A DNA stretch of 64,000 bases from Alloascoidea hylecoeti. Lineage: Eukaryota. The stretch is from assembly GCA_001600815.1 (NCBI GenBank), contig BCKZ01000016.1, positions 547,077-611,076 on the forward strand, in the 5' to 3' direction. Positions 11,392 through 21,105 of this stretch are shown piece by piece. The notes under the pieces were generated by a model. The model saw nothing but the letters and a program-made list of their open reading frames with translations, was not told the DNA's origin and did no database searches. The translations under genes were made by a program, and so were the position numbers. How positions within the stretch are numbered: position 1 is the stretch's first letter; every line of letters starts with the position of its first letter.

Positions 11392-13587
11392 ATGTCAAAC
11401 AGCTCCTTTCCGTCTCTTGCTGCTGAAAATACACTCTCGTCTGATATGTCTCTCTGGGGCCCGGCCAGTTCAACCACCACCACCGTTAACCCTTCAAAAG
11501 ATTCTACCACAATCCCTCTAATGGGCTCAGATTTAGGAAGCTTTATTGGAAACTCACAACACAACCACGACCTATCGGCTCGCTCTTTCATGTCCTCCCC
11601 CTCTTCCATCTCTTCAACCTCTCGTCCACCTCTCACTAGACCCCCAGTAACGGCCAGTGTGACAATCGGTGACCTCTATTCCGCTAACAGCGGGCCCAAA
11701 CACTATTCGTCAGGTTTCCCTTCAAATGTAATCGACAGCAGCATTAATCTCGCGGCTGCCTATCATACCGGCCTTTCGGATCATCTAAATCACTCCACCC
11801 AACCAGACGGCTCCCTGAAGTATTCTTCACTAAGTGCAGACCTTCAGCACTCAAGCGCTCAATTCTCTCATGATATTACCAACCCGTTGGTTGAACATCA
11901 TCATTATCCACCAGGAACACATCATGAGAAACCACATCAAAAGAGAAAACGTGCCAATTCCGATCAATTGAGAATCTTACAGCAAGAATTTGAGAAAAAT
12001 CAAAATCCGCCTACTTCAGTGCGGAAACAAATCAGTGAGGCGATAGGTATGCCAGAACGCTCTATTCAAATTTGGTTTCAAAATCAGAGAGCAAAAACTA
12101 AGAAAAAGAAGATATTAAAGTTGAGCAACATGAACGGTAATGGAGATCTCTCCAATTCAATGACTTCGTCTGCTTATGGACGCAAAAATAGTCAAAGTAG
12201 TGCGGGTTATGACGATGATCTCGAATTCGGTCATTTAAAAAGAGTGTCAAGTCTCCAAAACAGTTCTTCTCAAGCCTTCAGTGATTTGGGTTATCAAGAT
12301 CCTTTTTCTTACCCTCTTTCTCGCTCTCCGTCAGCAAATATAGCCCCTCCTTTTTCTAGGAATAGAAACTCTATTTCGAGCATAAAGCCACTGAGATCTT
12401 CTAGATCTAATAGTAGGATTAGTCCCATCACAAATTCTAATGTCTATTCAGCACTTCCTCTAGGTGATCCAATTCAGCTTTACCAACAAAATTATTATCC
12501 AGCAAGTATCCCCATGCGTCCAAGTATATCCGATAATGCTTCTTCCATGAATTCGGAGAGAGCATATGGTGGGTATAACTCTCAAATTTTGACTACGTCT
12601 CCGTTTTCATTGGAAATGCAACTAGAGTTGAAAAATAATCACCCGAAACAACTCGAATCTCCTTTACTATCAACCGGGTCTGTGCAAGCATCACACGGAT
12701 TTACCCGTTCTCCTTCTATAACTTCATACCCTTCTTCAGCTACCTCAAACTCCTTTAATGGAATTCTACCGGCTCCAAATCTCCAATCTTTAAGGAGACC
12801 CCAATTTTCATCATACTTGGATAATCTTGCTTCTTATTCTTCAGCACAGAAGTCAAATCAAATTAATTTGCCAGGCTATAATGGTAGCGTTGAGTCAATG
12901 CAAACAATGAAATCGAGCAATTTAATTCCGGTCGGAATAAATAGCCTATGTATAGGTTCATGGAGGCGTATCCGATCACCAGAAACTAAAGTTCTTACCA
13001 CTGTTTCTTCAAATGTCCTTGAAGATCCCACTGAAATTTTAAAGTTGATGACCACCAATAACCTGGTTATGCTAGTTTCTCTATATGACTCTACAATCGT
13101 TTATCTTTTCAAAGTTGAAGACAGTAATAATTCGAACAAATCCCCAAATATTAGTGATGTGTCTAACAAAATTATCAATGATGAAACTAGTTCAAGTTAC
13201 ACAGATCAAATGATATTTAAAATTTCGTATCTATTTGATCATGTTAGTTCAGTTAATGTCAAGTCTTCGATTCCAACGGACGGCTTAATGACCGGAGAAG
13301 AAACAATAGCTGATCTCAATATCACTTTAAATCAACCTCCTTCTTTTCATATTCACTACCCGGCTTCATCACAACACGATGAAGAAAATTTGGGCCTGGT
13401 TGGAGGGAATCAATTCTGGAGCCACGCAGATGATTTCTCAGAAGGAAGACAAGCTTCTGCTGCGTTTGAGCAAATTAATGGAGGATCTGGTGCTAGTCAT
13501 GTTATTTCAGGCACGAACTTATCAAACTTACAGTTAATATCTTCTGAGATTACGAACTATAGGCTGAAACAACGATCCCAGGCTTAG
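11392..13587 (+). CDS. Homeodomain transcription factor, Hoy1/Pah1/Phx1 type
   Basis: 731-aa ORF with homeodomain QKRKRANSDQLRILQQEF...RSIQIWFQNQRAK. C-terminal SLCIGSWRRI and DFSEGRQAS motifs resemble the Pah1/Hoy1 group. Confidence 0.85.
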   Translation: MSNSSFPSLAAENTLSSDMSLWGPASSTTTTVNPSKDSTTIPLMGSDLGSFIGNSQHNHDLSARSFMSSPSSISSTSRPPLTRPPVTASVTIGDLYSANSGPKHYSSGFPSNVIDSSINLAAAYHTGLSDHLNHSTQPDGSLKYSSLSADLQHSSAQFSHDITNPLVEHHHYPPGTHHEKPHQKRKRANSDQLRILQQEFEKNQNPPTSVRKQISEAIGMPERSIQIWFQNQRAKTKKKKILKLSNMNGNGDLSNSMTSSAYGRKNSQSSAGYDDDLEFGHLKRVSSLQNSSSQAFSDLGYQDPFSYPLSRSPSANIAPPFSRNRNSISSIKPLRSSRSNSRISPITNSNVYSALPLGDPIQLYQQNYYPASIPMRPSISDNASSMNSERAYGGYNSQILTTSPFSLEMQLELKNNHPKQLESPLLSTGSVQASHGFTRSPSITSYPSSATSNSFNGILPAPNLQSLRRPQFSSYLDNLASYSSAQKSNQINLPGYNGSVESMQTMKSSNLIPVGINSLCIGSWRRIRSPETKVLTTVSSNVLEDPTEILKLMTTNNLVMLVSLYDSTIVYLFKVEDSNNSNKSPNISDVSNKIINDETSSSYTDQMIFKISYLFDHVSSVNVKSSIPTDGLMTGEETIADLNITLNQPPSFHIHYPASSQHDEENLGLVGGNQFWSHADDFSEGRQASAAFEQINGGSGASHVISGTNLSNLQLISSEITNYRLKQRSQA

Positions 13588-14979
13588 AAGACGGTTATGA
13601 CATTTTTTTTTTTCTTTTTTTTTCTTTTTTTTTTCCTCTCAAAAATATATATCTGCACAGCTACTCTTGGGTTCCTTCTTTAACTGCAACTGCAAGGACT
13701 TTCTATATCATTTTTTCTTTGTCTAAAATTTATTCCCTGATTTTAATTTTTCGATCTTCAAGATGTTACTTGGGCAAAAATATTAATTTGCCATCATCAG
13801 ATATATGCGTCAGACTCAAGAATAGGTCTGATTACCTGATTCGGAATAGCTCCAGATCTTAACCCTCGGTGTTTAATTTGGCTTCTACTACTATGCATTT
13901 ACCACATAATTTAACTAACAATGGTGGGAGGTTGGTACCACGATGATTTGTAGGTTCGATTGAATAATGAATTTCATATAATATCCATCTTCAATAGTAG
14001 AATACATTTATAATGTAGATTTACTTCAATTTAAAAGACAAATATTCAGTACCAATTCTACAATTAAAAATGATGTATTATGCTTTTATTTAATCTTATT
14101 ATTCATATAGACATACTTTTTATCTTCATTTTAGCTTCTTTCTCTGGCATTTTTCATTTGCGATTTTCTACTTGATGTTTTCTAAAAACAGGACCATCAA
14201 AAAGTTTATGATATTATACTCTATTCATCTTCCTTTAATATTTTAAAATTTTGAGTTTCATTTGTGCCTTTCTACTTTTTTCATTCTCTTTTCCTTTATG
14301 TTATTATGTGATGACTTATTATTTTGTATATTTATGTATATCTCTTTGGGATAACAGTGCTTATCTCGTATTATCTAGCAAAAAGAAGTCGTATCTTAAC
14401 TAGTCACGGGTCTCATGAAATATATATAAACCACGCAAACATATTTTTATTGGTATTTTATATGTAATTACTTAAAACGCTTAAACTTTATATGCTTATT
14501 AATTTTCTATATATAATATATAGCTAATTGAATTGCAATTGATATTATAGATATCTATAAATGTAATGTTATATTGTAATGTTATATTATAAGTTAGCAC
14601 TATAATTTATGCGCACTTATATTGTTATATAACGTTAATTATATTAATTAGTGGTTTCAAATCTTTGTCAATTATGTTAACAATTTTAATAAATTGACTA
14701 ATACACTTTGCTAAATTGACCCGAATGACCCGAATGTATAGACATATAATTATAATAAAAATACTTGACTAGGTGTAATTGATTTTTCGATATATCCCGT
14801 GATTTATATCTTGTACTTCAAAGTGCAATATCTACTATACGTGTTAGCTAGCCACCGTTTGTTTATAAAAACTCCATTATATATATGTAGGTATAGCTTA
14901 TATATAGCGAGTCAATTGATTGACATAATTGTATTAAAGTTGTAGATATATGCTATTATAAGTTACCCGTAAATCAGGC

Positions 14980-15445
14980 TCAAGCTAACGCTGTGCATTC
15001 AATTTCAACACAGAATCCCTTCGGCAACTCTTTGACCCCAACACAAGATCGTGGTGGTTTGTGAATAGGGAAAAATTTATCATAAACCTCATTAAAATCA
15101 GCGTATAACTCCATACTCGTTAAAAATATATTCACTTTAACAACTTTCTCCAAACAAGATCCACCTGCTTCCAAAATATTCTTTAGGTTGGCCAGCGAGA
15201 TCTCAGTTTCTTGCTTGACATCACCTGTAACAACAGTCCCATCTGACTTGAGGCCAGCATGACCTGACACAAATACAAAACCAGCGGCTTTGTAACCCTG
15301 TGAATATGAAGCGAATGGCTTCGGTGCGTTCTCTGATTGTATCTATTTTTTTAAAGGTTAAAATTTAAACAATTGATTGACATTTTCAACTTAATTAATA
15401 ATGCTAAAAAGGACTTACGACTTCGATCCCTTCCGTGGCTGACAT
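14980..15445 (-). CDS. RidA/YjgF/UK114-family imine deaminase (Mmf1/Hmf1-like), 129 aa, one intron (15343-15418)
   Basis: Exon 1 15419-15445 (MSATEGIEV), intron GTAAGT...TAG, exon 2 IQSENAPKPFASYSQG...VVKVNIFL...PPRSCVGVKELPKGFCVEIECTA. Confidence 0.9.
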
Positions 15446-16328
15446 AACTGTGGTTATTTTTCAACTAAATGGAAACAGTTTGGTTTTATACTTCATTTGT
15501 TTTGGATTTCGGTCGGTGACCCCGAAAGTTGGCTCTCAGTGGGAATTGCGGGGGTTCCGATATATAAAAACGATAATATAACAGAGAGTATTGACTTTAT
15601 ACAAAAACTACCGTGAATCTGTCTTGCTTCGGGCAATAGTCCAATGTACCCGCACGGTACTTTAAACGGTGGTCAAGTTAATTGAAAGGTCGTTACCTGT
15701 GTTTACCCGATAAGAATACACAATGACCTGAGCGTACTGCACTGACTTAGTCTCGGGTACCTTGCTCAACCGAAACAGCAGATTGAGTTTCCTTGATCTA
15801 CCCATATTTTTCTTTTTTAGTTTAATTCCTTCACATCAAAAATTGTTGGATTCTTCACTTACAAAAAAAAACACGGTGATAAAAGGATTTGTCGGTTGAT
15901 TATTTATACTTGGGTTATTAGTTGCAACGTTAGGATCTTCACTTATTCTTGTAATCTCTGATTCGGAGTACGGGGGATATTCAAAGGGTGGGATTTTCAC
16001 AAGCTTTTATAATGGGCATATTGACAGTTTGTAGTTATGATTAGTATTGATGGAAATCGCAACATATAATTTATGCATATGCTAAAGTCGATAATAGTAG
16101 ATATAAGATATCTCATTAATACATTTCGAAGCTCTTTTAAATCAATCTAACAAAGTATCTAACAGATTTTGGTGAAAATAAAATATAGTAAGTAAATAAT
16201 CAAAAGCTAAAAAAATGAAATCTTGTAATAAATCCGAATACTAATTAATTCTAAAAACCAATAAAAATATAAAAAGAACAAAAAAACCCCACACATAGTA
16301 TCAGTATAAAAATAGTAAACATTGTTGT

Positions 16329-17900
16329 TTAAATGTCAGGAGTCGAAGATGTAGATTTGAAACTTTGGCTTTCAACACTGCCGCAAATTATTGAGCTAGC
16401 TACTTTCCTACTGGAATCTCTCGGAATATTTTGAATAGGTTCTGATGATTCTGGTTCTGTTGAAAGTTGTGTTATCATTGATGATAATGCATTTTCAGCA
16501 ATATAATTTTCCGATCCTGCCACACTATCCTCCTGACTATGCACGTCATTTACATTTTCTTCTCTATTTCCGTGGTCAATGTTATTGTTCTCATCTTCAT
16601 GCTCCGAATCTGTATTGATATCTGAAGTATAACTAGGGGGTGGTGAGTGAGATAGGTTACGAAGTAATGGCGTCCCGGCTGTTTCCTCATCATTTTCAAA
16701 ACGTAGACTTTCAACGCTTTGACCTCTTAGGCTGAGAAGAGTGATATCATCAATAATTGAGTTATCTGATGATATCACACGTCTAAAGGAAGGTGGTGGT
16801 GGTGAATACTGGGAAGAAAATTCATTATCGCTGAAATCATTTTCACGACTAGTTAAGTCGCTTGCAGAGGCAATTGATGAGGTACCAGATTCCAATAAAA
16901 CTGAATCACTTTCAACTCCATAAGGAGGAGGAGGGGCCAGTGATCCAGTTGCTGGAGCCAACCCCCATTTTTTTACGTTTGCCTCTATAAATACAAAGCC
17001 AGCTTGACCAAAATTGACGTGAACTTTACAAGGGCCGTCAGCGCCAATTGTTGGAAACAGATTCATTTTCATACCTCGAATTTGTTCATGAAATTTTTTC
17101 CCATTTCTTGTGAAGAAGATATCTCCACTTTGTGGTTTGTAACCGACACCAATAACATCACCCTGTTGTATAGGAGGGAAAAACGAAGGAGCACTAAATG
17201 GTTGATTTAATCTTCTCAGACCTAGAGAATCATATGCAACAGAATATTTATGATGTCCTGGGAGCCTAAATGTTGGATAAGGCTTTGTTGTCAATCCTAC
17301 AGATACTATTGTTTCACCCGGCTTTTCATACATCTTAGCCTCCCAATAATATGTTTCATTCTGATTAGGCAAAGGTAGGTTTGTCTGGACACAACAAGTA
17401 GCATCATAAAATTCTATTTCTGTTCTAGCTTGAACGAAACAATTTGCATGAGGAAAATCGACCATAAATTCCCATGCGGAAACACCCTTTTCCTGTATTG
17501 CCAAGAATTGTGATAAACTAATATCTGTATCTAAACTAAGCGGTGGATTTGCGTTTTGAAACTGTTTAGCTCGTAAATACAGCTGCCTCGAAAAGTCATC
17601 CATATGTTCTAATGCTTCTTCCTCTTGTTGTAACAAAGCTTCATCATCAAACTGACCCGGGATACCATGAGTTAAAGCAACTCTCCTCCGTCGATCAAAA
17701 AAGGCATAAATAGCGAAGATTATAAATAGTAGAAATAATGTACCCAAACCAGATGCTAGGCCAGCAATTAAAGGAACATTTATTGATGTATCATTGCCGT
17801 TGTTTTCGCCTGAGTGATCTCCAGGGCTTGTATCGGTATCTGATATAAAGTTATTATGAGTGATTTGCGTGGGAGTAGCCACTTCAAACGATTTGGGCAT
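16329..17900 (-). CDS. SSH4: Ssh4/Ear1-family SPRY-domain Rsp5 adaptor membrane protein
   Basis: N-terminal TM helix, SPRY domain (YYWEAKMYE, GDVIGVGY, FFTRNGKK, VHVNFGQAGFVFIEANVKKWG) and PY motifs PPPPY and PPPSY. SSH4 versus EAR1 orthology is not resolved. Confidence 0.85.
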   Translation of the reverse strand: MPKSFEVATPTQITHNNFISDTDTSPGDHSGENNGNDTSINVPLIAGLASGLGTLFLLFIIFAIYAFFDRRRRVALTHGIPGQFDDEALLQQEEEALEHMDDFSRQLYLRAKQFQNANPPLSLDTDISLSQFLAIQEKGVSAWEFMVDFPHANCFVQARTEIEFYDATCCVQTNLPLPNQNETYYWEAKMYEKPGETIVSVGLTTKPYPTFRLPGHHKYSVAYDSLGLRRLNQPFSAPSFFPPIQQGDVIGVGYKPQSGDIFFTRNGKKFHEQIRGMKMNLFPTIGADGPCKVHVNFGQAGFVFIEANVKKWGLAPATGSLAPPPPYGVESDSVLLESGTSSIASASDLTSRENDFSDNEFSSQYSPPPPSFRRVISSDNSIIDDITLLSLRGQSVESLRFENDEETAGTPLLRNLSHSPPPSYTSDINTDSEHEDENNNIDHGNREENVNDVHSQEDSVAGSENYIAENALSSMITQLSTEPESSEPIQNIPRDSSRKVASSIICGSVESQSFKSTSSTPDI

Positions 17901-18043
17901 TTGGAATCTGAAGAATGCTTTATAGAAGCCTGAAGGTAAGAGAAAGGGAAGGGAAAAAAAGGAAGTGGAGTGAGATTGGGTGTTTGGGTGTTACTGTCTT
18001 CATCCGTGATTTTCCAGAATTATTCATATACTTTCCCTGAAAA

Positions 18044-19015
18044 ATGTTAAGTCGTCTCGCTCTTATACAAAATCACACGCTGTATAAATGCTTGTTTCCT
18101 GGTGTTCACCATTTATCAACGTTATCTTCTTCAACTCCTGAAAGTTCTTCATCATCTTTGAAAGCAAGGCATGTTGCTGAGCCAAACACCTTAGATTACA
18201 AAGTTTACTTGGAATCCGAAGGGAAAGTGTCTTCATTCTGGCATGATATACCTTTAATCAATACCCATTTTTCTACCCCGGAAAATGGAAATGTCTTCAA
18301 TATGGTTGTTGAGATCCCTCGTTTTTCCAATGCAAAACTAGAAATTTCAAAAGAGTTGAAGTTCAATCCTATAGTTCAGGACACAAAGAAGGGGAAACTA
18401 CGTTTTGTAAAGAATTTGTTCCCTTACCATGGCTACCTTCACAACTATGGTGCTTTGCCCCAAACTTGGGAAAATCCCTACAAATTAAACTCCTACACGA
18501 ATTTAAAGGGCGATAATGATCCTTTGGATGTATGCGAAATAGGGAGCATTGTTGGTACTGTGGGGGAAATAAAGGCCGTTAAGCTCTTAGGTACCATTGC
18601 ATTAATCGATGAAGGAGAGACAGATTGGAAACTAATTGCCATTGATATAAACGATCCTATTGCTTCTAATGTCAACAATTTAGACGACGTAGAATCACAC
18701 TTTCCAGGTTTACTAGATGCAACAAGGATTTGGTTCCGAGATTATAAGAAACCAGACGGAAAGCCTGCAAATGAATTTGCATTCGATGCCAAATACTTGG
18801 GGAAAGATGATGCTCATAAAATCGTGGAAGAATGTTATGAGAGTTGGAAAACCTTGTTTGGAGAAGACATGCAAGAAGGCATAGAGCTAAGTAATTCGAC
18901 ACTGGATAAAACGAATGAGCACATAAAGGATAATTTTGAGGTTGGTAAATTTGTATATAGTCCATCTTCTGGAGCAAAAATCGATAGATCGGTTGATAAA
19001 TGGCACTTTGTGTAA
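18044..19015 (+). CDS. PPA2: Inorganic pyrophosphatase, mitochondrial type
   Basis: Motifs NMVVEIPR, NYGALPQTWENP, GDNDPLDVCEIG and DEGETDWK, plus a presequence-like N-terminus. Confidence 0.9.
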   Translation: MLSRLALIQNHTLYKCLFPGVHHLSTLSSSTPESSSSSLKARHVAEPNTLDYKVYLESEGKVSSFWHDIPLINTHFSTPENGNVFNMVVEIPRFSNAKLEISKELKFNPIVQDTKKGKLRFVKNLFPYHGYLHNYGALPQTWENPYKLNSYTNLKGDNDPLDVCEIGSIVGTVGEIKAVKLLGTIALIDEGETDWKLIAIDINDPIASNVNNLDDVESHFPGLLDATRIWFRDYKKPDGKPANEFAFDAKYLGKDDAHKIVEECYESWKTLFGEDMQEGIELSNSTLDKTNEHIKDNFEVGKFVYSPSSGAKIDRSVDKWHFV

Positions 19016-19479
19016 ATGGGACTTACACTTAAGCTTGGGTAAGTAATACCTTTGTATATAATTATAATTAACTAAGTGAATTTTTCAAATCTCACTCTTT
19101 GATTAATATAGCATAGGCCAAGACCCATGAATGGTTGTTTCAAGTGCAAACCTTCCAATTATATACGGCTAAGCTGTCACATCCGGGTGCACCTGTGTCT
19201 AAACCGATTACGGACAAGAGCTGTGCCAATCGACCAAAGAGGGGTGGTTATTGGCGCAGCGTCAACTTCAGGTTTCCACTGTTCCACTTCTTCTCATGTA
19301 AGGAAGCCGAAAACAGGAATAATATTTACGTAGAAATAGTGTGATTTTGATTCCTGATGCCCAATCGCAAGTATTTTATTATATATACTCTCTTCATCCC
19401 CTATCTCTTTTGACTCATTCCATATATTTGTTTTCTTCCAATTGCAAGTTATTCATTCTCATCCAGACATCTTAATTAA

Positions 19480-21105
19480 ATGAGAGAACGAGTCAATCGT
19501 CTCAACAATCGCAAAACATCTTCCAATAATAAACTGCCACTATTATCTATCCCAACCGAGCTTCTGTTGAAAATTGGTAAGGATATCCCATTCAAGGATT
19601 TCGTTAAACTCACCTCAACTTGCAAGTCTCTATACATCCTAACTGACGATCAATATGCTGGATACCTGATAAGACAAAAGCTCCCCTTTCTCGCCCGCAT
19701 GGAAGATGAGTCCTGGATAAAAGCTGCTAAGAGATACTACTTGGCTTTTGCAAACATTGATCAAAATTATAAAACCTACACCCATATATTTGATGTCGCG
19801 AAAGGTTTGGCTTCTACTAATAGATTTAAAGTTAAAGTCAATGAGTTTCCCCAAACCCCAACAGATCCTTTGTATGTCCCTACAGGTTTCAAGGAAAACT
19901 CCAATCATTCCATCAATCCCACAAAAAAGCATGAGCTGGTAGTACAAATATCAAGCCAAGTGACCCAGGAAATGACCCTTACTTCTGGCTCCACGTTTTT
20001 TGCAAATTCAAATAATATTCTCCAGCGTCTTATGGGGGCCAATATTCATCGCTCAAAATTAAAGGTCGATCTTCACAATGGAACATATTCTGTATATGCA
20101 GATACCCTTTTAGATGGAGCATCCTCTGCTCATATTAATGATAGTTCTTCTCCAAAGAGGAGAAGTGTGGCACGTATTTTTTCACATAGCCTCGCTTATG
20201 ATAATATGGAATACTGTGTTTTCAGACCTATGCTATCTGCAAGAGAAAACATCTGGATGATACGATGTGGGGAGAAAAGCATCTATCCGCATCAAGGAAC
20301 CTTAGGCTTCTCTAAGACTCATTGGGAAACTGCATTGACACTTCCTTCGGGTGGTTCTATTGATAAATTGTTTATTCAACAGGATTATATATTTGTGTTT
20401 TGGTGCTCATATAATATATCATATGATGATTTCAACTTTCATTTGTTAGTTTTATTGAGAAAAAATGGTAAAAAACTTGGTGAGCTAAATAATTTAATTA
20501 ATTTAGAAGGTAGATATAATGGTGATATATCAATCTGTTCTAGTTCAACTCATTTTTTTATCACTCATGAACATGAAATTAAATTTTTACCATTCGAAGA
20601 GCTATTTGCTAAAATGAATAGTGATTCTATCCATTGCTGGAATAAAGCGTATATTCCTTTGCCTAATAATCATGATATTCAAGGGTGGAAATTATTTCAC
20701 AAAACTAACCCGATTGAAACAGAGAATGATATGAATATAAAGTTTTGGCATAAGCTTTTATCAACTAACTCTAGACCTTTGGATTTAATATTTAGTAAGA
20801 ATGAAAAGTACATTTGGATTACGACTGACTCATTTGAATATTTACCTGAAAAATCAATCTATTATTTACTTGATTTAAAAAAAAGAGAATTACATGAATT
20901 TTTAATTAATAGAGAAGATTCGAGATTTGAGGAAAACTATGAAAGTTTTGAAGAACGTTGGTTTATTGATGAAAATTTAACTGTTTATTTATTTAATTCT
21001 GCCTTTTTAAATGATTTATGGAATAAAGTTGATCAAAATGGTATTGAAGTATCTAACTCAAATTCACGGTCTAAATTGTTATTTTTTGACAAAGCAAAGT
21101 TTTGA
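19480..21105 (+). CDS. F-box protein of unknown function
   Basis: 541-aa ORF with an N-terminal F-box-like segment LLSIPTELLLKIGKDIPFKDFVKLTSTCKSLY. Confidence 0.75.
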   Translation: MRERVNRLNNRKTSSNNKLPLLSIPTELLLKIGKDIPFKDFVKLTSTCKSLYILTDDQYAGYLIRQKLPFLARMEDESWIKAAKRYYLAFANIDQNYKTYTHIFDVAKGLASTNRFKVKVNEFPQTPTDPLYVPTGFKENSNHSINPTKKHELVVQISSQVTQEMTLTSGSTFFANSNNILQRLMGANIHRSKLKVDLHNGTYSVYADTLLDGASSAHINDSSSPKRRSVARIFSHSLAYDNMEYCVFRPMLSARENIWMIRCGEKSIYPHQGTLGFSKTHWETALTLPSGGSIDKLFIQQDYIFVFWCSYNISYDDFNFHLLVLLRKNGKKLGELNNLINLEGRYNGDISICSSSTHFFITHEHEIKFLPFEELFAKMNSDSIHCWNKAYIPLPNNHDIQGWKLFHKTNPIETENDMNIKFWHKLLSTNSRPLDLIFSKNEKYIWITTDSFEYLPEKSIYYLLDLKKRELHEFLINREDSRFEENYESFEERWFIDENLTVYLFNSAFLNDLWNKVDQNGIEVSNSNSRSKLLFFDKAKF

